IMG/VR virus record: IMGVR_UViG_3300045988_075588
Span: 1 to 6,236 of that record
DNA: 6,236 bases
Reading direction: 5' to 3' (one strand)
DNA from: a virus
Position numbers and translations under genes: made by a program
The notes under the pieces: model-generated
What the model was told of the DNA's origin: nothing
The model's database searches: none
The model's input: only the letters and a program-made list of their open reading frames with translations
Shown here: piece by piece, positions 1 through 5,281 of the stretch
Layout of the letters: each line of letters starts with the position of its first letter
Position numbering within the stretch: position 1 is the stretch's first letter

Positions 1-55
1 GAAGCAAATAAGATTAAAGGCGTAGATACAGAAGCACAAAAAGCTACCATTGACA
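1..55. repeat. Terminal redundancy copy 1, identical to 6182-6236. This is an assembly signature of a circular genome.
   Basis: Base-by-base comparison: gaagcaaataagattaaaggcgtagatacagaagcacaaaaagctaccattgaca occurs at 1-55 and again at 6182-6236. Confidence 0.97.
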
Positions 56-630
56 ACCTGATAGCACAAACCTCAAACGAAAAAATAAAAAGAGGGCTAA
101 TATTAGGACAAATCAGAGTAGCAGATGCCGAAGAAGAACTCAAGAGAAATACCGCAGATTGGACGAAGGAAAAAGCCGAAGAAACACGCTGGAATGTTAA
201 AAGCCTCAAAAAAGGAATTGACAAACTAACAGCGGAAATTAACGGAGTAGAACTCGACAATGACCTAAAAAGAAGAACGATTGACAACAAAGTGAAAGAG
301 AGTTCCCTAACACTCCAAAATCTAATGGCTGAAATATTACTCAAAGGAAGCGAACGAAAAGTCAACGAAGAACAGGCAAAAGCAATTCCAGCGGAAATAT
401 TACAAGGGTGGGAAAAACTTGTCAAAGAAGGAAAAGAACTCATTATCGAAAGAGAAAAGATGGAAGCCTATACACAGGATATAATAAACAGATACGAACT
501 AGGTAAAAAAGGTCTAGATATCGAAGAACAAAAACTCATCAAAGATATTGTACTAGGAATGTTAGAAATAGCATCCAAGGGAGCAGGAGCAGCCATAGGC
601 GCAAAAGTGGGCAAAACAGGTCTTCAATAA
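1..630 (+). CDS. VP2: VP2-like DNA pilot / minor capsid protein, C-terminal part. It continues from 5774-6181 across the circular junction. The ORF-track entry 292-630 (GTG start) is only the tail of this ORF.
   Basis: Frame 1 is open from base 1 to the TAA at 628-630. Base 6182 equals base 1 and is in frame with the ATG at 5774, giving 345 aa in total. The translation is a long, highly charged, heptad-like helical region (AEANKIKGVDTEAQKATIDNLIAQ...KLVKEGKELIIEREKMEAY...) ending in a Gly/Ala-rich tail (ASKGAGAAIGAKVGKTG). The gene sits between the capsid module and the rep gene, as VP2 does in non-phiX microviruses. Confidence 0.8.
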   Translation, partial: EANKIKGVDTEAQKATIDNLIAQTSNEKIKRGLILGQIRVADAEEELKRNTADWTKEKAEETRWNVKSLKKGIDKLTAEINGVELDNDLKRRTIDNKVKESSLTLQNLMAEILLKGSERKVNEEQAKAIPAEILQGWEKLVKEGKELIIEREKMEAYTQDIINRYELGKKGLDIEEQKLIKDIVLGMLEIASKGAGAAIGAKVGKTGLQ

Positions 631-632
631 CT

Positions 633-1673
633 ATGTGTCTATATCCTAAACTCATACCAAATAAGCGGTACCTACCAACAAAAAAAAATGGTGGAGTACC
701 GCCTGTTTGCCCTGATGAAAGACTACGTTATGTAACAGCGGCATGTGGAGACTGCTATGAATGTAGAAAACAAAAGCAAAGACAATGGGTGGTAAGAATG
801 TCAGAAGAAAACAGGCAAACACCAAACGCCTACTTTCTAACACTGACAATCGATGATAAATCATACAAGCAAATAAGCAAAAAATACAAGTTAAAAGATA
901 ATAATGACATCGCAACAAAAGCTATAAGACTGTGTCTAGAAAGAGTACGAAAATTAACCGGAAAATCCGTAAAACATTGGTTTATTACAGAACTAGGGCA
1001 CGAAAAAACAGAAAGATTACATCTTCACGGAATAGTATGGGGTCTAGGTAACGACAAAAAAATAACAGACAATTGGAAATACGGAATCACATTCACAGGA
1101 TATTTCGTAAACGAAAAAACAATCAACTATATAACAAAATACATGTTAAAAATTGACGAAAAGCACCCAAAATTCAGAGGAAAAGTGCTTTGTTCGGCAG
1201 GAATAGGGGCAGGATACCTCAAGCGAGAGGATGCCAAAAGGCATGTATACAAACAAGGTGAAACAAACGAATCATACCGAATGAGAAATGGTGGAAAACT
1301 CAACCTACCAATTTATTACAGAAACAAAATATTTACAGAAGAAGAACGTGAAAAACTATTCCTAGACAAAATCGAAAAAGGAATTGTATACGTACTAGGC
1401 ATAAAAATAGACCTAAAAACCGAAGAATCACGATATATGGGCGTACTCATGAGTGAAAGAGAACGATGTGAAAGAATATATTACGACAATCCAAAAGATT
1501 GGGATAGAAGAAAATATCTTAACAGGATAAGAAAACAAAGACAGTGGGAAGAATCTAAAGCGAATATAATCGCCGAGAAATTAAAAGAAAAAGAGAGAAA
1601 AAGTGAAAATCGATTCAATAACGACATCGATTTATTTGCCAATCTATATCATAACGACCACTTCTATACATAA
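633..1673 (+). CDS. VP4: Rolling-circle replication initiator protein (microvirus VP4 / protein A-like HUH endonuclease)
   Basis: 346-aa ORF. It has an N-terminal Cys cluster (CPDE...CGDCYECRKQKQRQW), motif I FLTLT (nt 834-848), the HUH motif RLHLHGIVW (HLH at nt 1020-1028) and the two-tyrosine motif NYITKYM (Y166/Y170, nt 1128-1142). The Y-x-x-K-Y spacing matches the phiX174 A protein. The start follows the VP2 stop after 2 nt. Confidence 0.95.
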   Translation: MCLYPKLIPNKRYLPTKKNGGVPPVCPDERLRYVTAACGDCYECRKQKQRQWVVRMSEENRQTPNAYFLTLTIDDKSYKQISKKYKLKDNNDIATKAIRLCLERVRKLTGKSVKHWFITELGHEKTERLHLHGIVWGLGNDKKITDNWKYGITFTGYFVNEKTINYITKYMLKIDEKHPKFRGKVLCSAGIGAGYLKREDAKRHVYKQGETNESYRMRNGGKLNLPIYYRNKIFTEEEREKLFLDKIEKGIVYVLGIKIDLKTEESRYMGVLMSERERCERIYYDNPKDWDRRKYLNRIRKQRQWEESKANIIAEKLKEKERKSENRFNNDIDLFANLYHNDHFYT

Positions 1674-1684
1674 GCTACACTATG

Positions 1685-1711
1685 ACACAGCCAGCAACAC
1701 AACTGTGTTTT
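1685..1711 (+). terminator. Weak candidate intrinsic terminator after VP4
   Basis: acacag (1685-1690) pairs with ctgtgt (1703-1708), followed directly by a T run ending at 1711. The element lies 12 nt past the VP4 stop. The 12-nt loop is large and the stem has only 6 bp. Confidence 0.25.
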
Positions 1712-1733
1712 AATCAAACTACTTTGTATTCAA

Positions 1734-1941
1734 CACCTCGAGGCCGGGTGGCCAAGGGTGTATAACGGGAGGGTGAGGTATGCCTTAATCCGGGAGACAG
1801 CTACCTTAAGACCTGGATAAGGAAGTGACGTGCACCCGACCTACGGTCGTGGTGTGCGACTTCGTCGATATCAAGGTGCTAGTCGCTAAGGAGGGCTATG
1901 CGCCCTCTATTGCACCATCACCGTTCAAACGCCACGGAGGC
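1734..1941 (+). other. GC-rich, densely self-complementary non-coding island. It is a candidate ssDNA replication signal (complementary-strand origin) or a structured RNA. No family is recognised.
   Basis: Base composition shifts sharply from the A-rich genome. Helices paired by eye: 1783-1794/1812-1822 (11 bp, one bulged A, one G-T); 1832-1857 (about 10 bp, 3-nt loop) flanked by gaagt 1822-1826/acttc 1859-1863; gagggc 1891-1896/gccctc 1902-1907 enclosed by ggtgc 1875-1879/gcacc 1912-1916; ccgt 1921-1924/acgg 1934-1937. The only ORF here (1825-2034, GTG start) has atypical composition and runs through the promoter. Confidence 0.6.
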
Positions 1942-1995
1942 TTAAAGATACTATTGTTAAACAAGGTTAAAAGCTTCGGAAAATTATCAGAGAAC

Positions 1996-2026
1996 TTTGC
2001 AAAAACAAAAAATATAAGTATATTTG
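1996..2026 (+). promoter_or_regulatory. Bacteroidetes-type promoter (-33 TTTG / -7 TAnnTTTG). The predicted transcription start is around 2031-2033.
   Basis: TTTG at 1996-1999 and TAtaTTTG at 2019-2026 are separated by 19 nt. This matches the Bacteroides consensus TTTG-N(19-21)-TAnnTTTG. My manual scan of TTTG sites on the + strand found no other full bipartite match. A lone TAcaTTTG inside VP1 near 3517 lacks a -33 element. Confidence 0.6.
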
Positions 2027-2053
2027 TAGTGTAATAAAAAACAAGGAGGTTAT

Positions 2054-2212
2054 ATGAAAACTAAAAAATTACAAACAAAAGATTTAAGAGCGTTAAGAGA
2101 CCAAATGTACAATCTTATGCAAGATTCAATATTGAGTGAAAGCGAAAGGTATATTATACAATCAGCTGCACTAGTGTTATGTGATTTGATTAAATTGAAA
2201 AAGGGAGAATAA
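2054..2212 (+). CDS. Hypothetical small protein, 52 aa (MKTKKLQTKDLRALRDQMYNLMQDSILSESERYIIQSAALVLCDLIKLKKGE). It is below the ORF-track length cutoff.
   Basis: ATG at 2054 is preceded by a perfect AAGGAGG (2043-2049, 4-nt spacer). It is the first ORF downstream of the predicted promoter. The A-rich codon style resembles the other genes, and the TAA stop is at 2210-2212. Confidence 0.55.
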   Translation: MKTKKLQTKDLRALRDQMYNLMQDSILSESERYIIQSAALVLCDLIKLKKGE

Positions 2213-2221
2213 TTCTCCCTT
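2201..2221 (+). other. 9-bp hairpin whose 3-nt loop is the stop codon of the 52-aa ORF
   Basis: aagggagaa (2201-2209) / taa loop (2210-2212) / ttctccctt (2213-2221) is a perfect inverted repeat. No clear T tract follows, so a terminator role is uncertain. Confidence 0.6.
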
Positions 2222-2239
2222 AATAAAATATATGTTATT

Positions 2240-2419
2240 ATGAATAAATACACTTTAATATTTGAAAATGGCGATTCTATAAAAAAAATAGAAAAGTCAA
2301 CCAAGGCAATATTACGTAACAACTACGAATCAATTACATGGTTAGAAGAAAACGACGCAAGAGTAAAAAAACTAATCAATAATGGATATTGGATAAAAAC
2401 AATTATATGTATTAACTAA
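2240..2419 (+). CDS. Hypothetical small protein, 59 aa (MNKYTLIFENGDSIKKIEKSTKAILRNNYESITWLEENDARVKKLINNGYWIKTIICIN). It is below the ORF-track cutoff.
   Basis: ATG 2240 to TAA 2417-2419, translated by hand. It is on the same strand and has the same composition as its neighbours, and it fills an otherwise empty 200-nt stretch. Confidence 0.5.
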   Translation: MNKYTLIFENGDSIKKIEKSTKAILRNNYESITWLEENDARVKKLINNGYWIKTIICIN

Positions 2420-2433
2420 AAAAACAAAAAATT

Positions 2434-2634
2434 ATGGCAGCAACAAAATTTACAGCAATTTACGTAAACAACGAAGGAAAAGTAATCGAAAGAGAAATTC
2501 CAGGTATGAATACTTACAAAATAGCAGAAAAATTCGCTATAATATTAAATAATCCAGAAGAAACCAAATTAGTATGTGTAATAGAAACATGGAAATTATA
2601 TCCTAAAGAAAATGAAAAAACCGAAAAAGATTAG
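2434..2634 (+). CDS. Hypothetical protein, 66 aa
   Basis: ORF-track entry with an ATG start. It is part of the same-strand tight array, and its 3' end overlaps the next ORF by 23 nt. No recognisable motif. Confidence 0.55.
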   Translation: MAATKFTAIYVNNEGKVIEREIPGMNTYKIAEKFAIILNNPEETKLVCVIETWKLYPKENEKTEKD

Positions 2635-2866
2635 AAAATATGAAGCAGGGGGATATATTTTCGATACATTCAAAGAGCTAAAAAAATACGTGTACTTCAG
2701 CACATCAATAAAAATGAAAAAAATTTGTTACGAACTAGATGAAGATGTTATTACAAAAAAATATATCTTCACAAAACAAGAAAGGAGGTTAATATGTGAA
2801 AAAATTTATGACAAAGATGAAGAAGATTTAAAAGAATGGAATCAAAAACAACTTAAATTATTTTAA
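2612..2866 (+). CDS. Hypothetical protein, 84 aa, Lys-rich N-terminus
   Basis: ORF-track entry. It overlaps the upstream ORF and its TAA is 2 nt before the next ATG. No recognisable motif. Confidence 0.55.
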   Translation: MKKPKKIRKYEAGGYIFDTFKELKKYVYFSTSIKMKKICYELDEDVITKKYIFTKQERRLICEKIYDKDEEDLKEWNQKQLKLF

Positions 2867-2868
2867 AC

Positions 2869-3075
2869 ATGAAAATAACCGGAAACCAATGGGTAGAAAT
2901 TATTCGAGCTATATCTACGGCAATCATTGCTATAATTACGACCTTATGTGTGCAGTCGTGTACAATGAGTATGAGCATAGCGAAGAACAACAACAATGCA
3001 ACGCAACAGACGGAGCAGAAAGCAACAGCAAGCGCTGACAGTGTAAAAATTAATATCAATCCTAAAAAACATTAA
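2869..3075 (+). CDS. Small membrane-anchored or lipoprotein-like protein, 68 aa. It is a candidate lysis or superinfection-exclusion factor.
   Basis: MKITGNQWVEIIRAISTAIIAIITTLCVQSCTMSMS... carries an N-terminal hydrophobic segment of about 20 aa. It ends in VQSC, a possible signal peptidase II lipobox-like site. A polar N/Q/T/K-rich tail follows. Junctions on both sides are TAA-NN-ATG. Confidence 0.6.
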   Translation: MKITGNQWVEIIRAISTAIIAIITTLCVQSCTMSMSIAKNNNNATQQTEQKATASADSVKININPKKH

Positions 3076-3077
3076 AA

Positions 3078-3344
3078 ATGGAAAGAGAATTTAACGACAT
3101 GAAAGACGTATTCAAAGTGCTACCAACAACACAAGAAGAAAAAGAATACATGATTGTGATTGGAAAACATTTAGCAACAACAGAAAAATTCCCAACACGC
3201 GAAGCAGCAGAAGAAAAAATCAACGCTGTAGACTGGAATCTAGTTGCAGCGATGATATATGCATGCAAAGAAGCGGACGAATACGAAAAAAAATTAAACG
3301 CTCTACAAAAAAAGAATATTAACAAATCTAAAAAAGAAAACTAA
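3078..3344 (+). CDS. Hypothetical protein, 88 aa, acidic with a basic C-terminal tail
   Basis: ORF-track entry. It lies immediately upstream of VP1 with a 2-nt spacer. No recognisable motif. Confidence 0.6.
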   Translation: MEREFNDMKDVFKVLPTTQEEKEYMIVIGKHLATTEKFPTREAAEEKINAVDWNLVAAMIYACKEADEYEKKLNALQKKNINKSKKEN

Positions 3345-3346
3345 CC

Positions 3347-5281
3347 ATGGCAATACATAAAAATATTGGTAAAAACACCATAGGAGACAATAATAAAATG
3401 TCCGTAAGTCTACATGATTACAACATGTCGACACACGATTTATCAACAATCGTAAGAAACACACAAAGTCCGGGAACACTAGTTCCAAATCTATGCCTAG
3501 TAGCTCAAAAAGGAGATACATTTGATATCGACATCAATTCAAACGTACTTACACATCCAACAACGGGACCTTTGTTCGGTTCATTCAAACTAGAACATCA
3601 CGTATATACGGGACCGGTAAGACTATATAATAGTTGGTTACACAATAACCGGACAAAAATTGGACTGAACATGGAGCAAGTAAAATTGCCACAAATGAAA
3701 GTGAAAATAAAAACATTGTCGGATAGTCCTTCAAATGAAGAAACACAATGGATACAAGTAAATCCAAGTTGCCTACTAACTTATCTAGGTATCAGAGGAT
3801 ACGCTAATACACCCAATAGCGGAGAAGGAGAAGTAAGTAAAAATGCACTGCCTATATTGACATATTTTGATATATTCAAAAATTACTACGCAAACACGCA
3901 GGAAGAAAATTTCTACATGATTGGAACATCTCCAAAACTAGCAATAACAATAGGCGGCATAAAGATAACAGACCCAGACAACATAACAACCACCGAAGGA
4001 GCAGTAAACAACGGTAGTTCAATAACCATATTACCAACAACACTAAAAGAAAACGAAATAAAATTCAGGGTAAAAACATCATTACAAGCAAGAGAACAAG
4101 TAATGACAACGGAACAACTAGGGGATATAGAAATAGTCAGTAGCAAATGGAAACTAACAACAAACCTAATACCAACGGGGCAAACATGGTATATAACAGC
4201 AGTATATACAACAAAAAGAACATCTCTGGAAAAATATCCGCTAGAAAACCTAGATACAATCAGAGATAAAATACTAATGAGACCGGGAGATATGGTACTT
4301 GACATATCAAACGAAAGCATGAGCGTTGCACCATTCACAAATTTTGCGAAAAGAGACAACCAAGATATTTTAAACACAGCCTTTACACAATATGGACTAT
4401 GCCTAAAAACATACAACAGCGATATATATCAAAATTGGATTAACACCGAATGGATAGAAAGCGTAACCGGAATCAACGAAGCAAGTGCGGTGGATGTAAA
4501 AGACGGCAAACTATCCATGGACGCACTAAATTTAGCACAAAAAGTATACAATTTCCTAAACAGAATTGCAATAAGCGGAGGTACTTACAGAGATTGGCTG
4601 GAAACAGTATACACAGGCGGAAACTACATGGAAAGATGCGAAACTCCAATGTTTGAAGGAGGAGTAAGTCAGGAAATCGTATTCCAAGAAGTAATAAGCA
4701 ACAGCGCAAGCCAAGACGAACCGCTAGGAACACTAGCGGGAAGAGGCGTAACAACGGGACGCCAAAAAGGTGGACACATCCGAATCAAAGTAACAGAACC
4801 ATGTTATATAATGTGTATATGCTCAATCACGCCACGTATCGACTACGGACAGGGTAACACATGGGATACATATCTAAGCACTATGAATGATTGGCACAAA
4901 CCAGCACTTGACGGAATTGGATACCAAGATTCATTAAACGGTGAAAGAGCATGGTGGACGGACCACATTAAAACCAACGGAGGACCATTAGTAAAAACAG
5001 CAGCCGGGAAAACTGTAGCGTGGATAAACTACATGACAAATGTAAACAGGACATTTGGCAACTTCGCGCCAGGAATGCCAGAAAGCTTCATGGTACTTAA
5101 CCGAAATTATTCAATGAACAACGAAGGTCAAATAGAAGATTTAACAACTTATATTGACCCGGTAAAATTCAATTACATCTTTGCAGACACAAACCTAGAC
5201 GCCATGAATTTTTGGGTACAAACAAAATTTGACATCAAAGTAAGACGTCTAATCAGTGCAAAACAGATTCCTAACCTATAA
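3347..5281 (+). CDS. VP1: Major capsid protein (Microviridae F / VP1 jelly-roll)
   Basis: 644 aa. The conserved microvirus capsid blocks appear in the expected order: HDLS...GTLVP...KGDTFDI near the N-terminus; LPILTYFDIFKNYYAN; ALNLAQKVYNFLNRIAISGGTYRDWLETVY; ETPMFEGG; PLGTLAGRG; EPCYIMCICSITPRIDYGQG; KPALDGIGYQD. Confidence 0.97.
   Translation: MAIHKNIGKNTIGDNNKMSVSLHDYNMSTHDLSTIVRNTQSPGTLVPNLCLVAQKGDTFDIDINSNVLTHPTTGPLFGSFKLEHHVYTGPVRLYNSWLHNNRTKIGLNMEQVKLPQMKVKIKTLSDSPSNEETQWIQVNPSCLLTYLGIRGYANTPNSGEGEVSKNALPILTYFDIFKNYYANTQEENFYMIGTSPKLAITIGGIKITDPDNITTTEGAVNNGSSITILPTTLKENEIKFRVKTSLQAREQVMTTEQLGDIEIVSSKWKLTTNLIPTGQTWYITAVYTTKRTSLEKYPLENLDTIRDKILMRPGDMVLDISNESMSVAPFTNFAKRDNQDILNTAFTQYGLCLKTYNSDIYQNWINTEWIESVTGINEASAVDVKDGKLSMDALNLAQKVYNFLNRIAISGGTYRDWLETVYTGGNYMERCETPMFEGGVSQEIVFQEVISNSASQDEPLGTLAGRGVTTGRQKGGHIRIKVTEPCYIMCICSITPRIDYGQGNTWDTYLSTMNDWHKPALDGIGYQDSLNGERAWWTDHIKTNGGPLVKTAAGKTVAWINYMTNVNRTFGNFAPGMPESFMVLNRNYSMNNEGQIEDLTTYIDPVKFNYIFADTNLDAMNFWVQTKFDIKVRRLISAKQIPNL

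Noticed and set aside
292-630. The ORF-track call of an independent 112-aa protein starting at GTG 292.
   Set aside because: The frame is open all the way from base 1 and joins in frame to the ATG at 5774 through the circular junction. It is the C-terminus of VP2, not a separate gene.
652-918. All nine minus-strand ORFs in the track: 652-918, 2050-2322, 2853-3059, 3062-3325, 3303-3521, 3585-3767, 3913-4416, 4473-4754 and 5910-6134.
   Set aside because: Each lies antisense to a well-supported or plausible + strand gene. Their products are F/L/V/C-rich and low-complexity, as expected when the complement of an A-rich coding strand is translated. Microviridae genomes are transcribed from one strand only.
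1682-1765. 27-aa ORF (MTQPATQLCFNQTTLYSTPRGRVAKGV) at the start of the gap.
   Set aside because: It has no initiation signal, spans the terminator-like hairpin and enters the GC island. It is probably fortuitous.
1734-1941. tRNA, tmRNA, SRP RNA or a self-cleaving ribozyme within the GC island.
   Set aside because: There is no GGTTCGA-type T-loop, no acceptor stem with a CCA-compatible end and no cloverleaf. The 5-bp/7-nt-loop reading of 1891-1907 has the wrong loop sequence. Resemblance of ggataaggaagtgac to the SRP helix 8 is superficial. I found no hammerhead core; the only ctgatga (712-718) lies inside VP4 with no partner motifs. Only a covariance-model scan could settle this.
1935-1962. 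dif-like XerC/D site (cggaggcttaa agatac tattgttaaac) that could mediate integrase-free lysogeny.
   Set aside because: About 6/11 and 8/11 matches to the E. coli dif arms, with little inner dyad symmetry. I do not know the Bacteroidetes dif consensus well enough to score it. It is worth a real search but not supportable by eye.
1825-2034. + strand 69-aa ORF (GTG start) covering the GC-rich island.
   Set aside because: It has a non-ATG start and no upstream translation signal. Its composition is unlike every other gene. It runs straight through the hairpins and the predicted promoter. It is more economically explained as a chance open frame in non-coding structured DNA.
2605-2634. Programmed frameshift on the A-rich run (gaaaaaaccgaaaaag) that would fuse the 66-aa and 84-aa ORFs.
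   Set aside because: The zero-frame codons (gaa aaa acc) do not form an X XXY YYZ heptamer. The downstream ORF is in the +1 frame, not the -1 frame, and it has its own ATG at 2612. A simple overlap is sufficient.
2782-2799. Second copy of AAGGAGGTTA followed by ATG-TGA (a start-stop mini-ORF) inside the 84-aa ORF.
   Set aside because: A repeated 10-mer is expected by chance in 6 kb. Here it simply encodes Arg-Arg-Leu in the main frame, and there is no evidence of function.
4297-4313. phiX174-like plus-strand origin (CAACTTGATATTAATAAC). Partial look-alikes are acttgacatatcaaac (4297-4313), tttgatatcgac (about 3520) and cttgatatc on the minus strand at 1864-1876.
   Set aside because: The matches are only 7-8 nt, lie in A/T-rich coding sequence or on the wrong strand, and are not distinguishable from chance. 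The nick site for this lineage is unknown.
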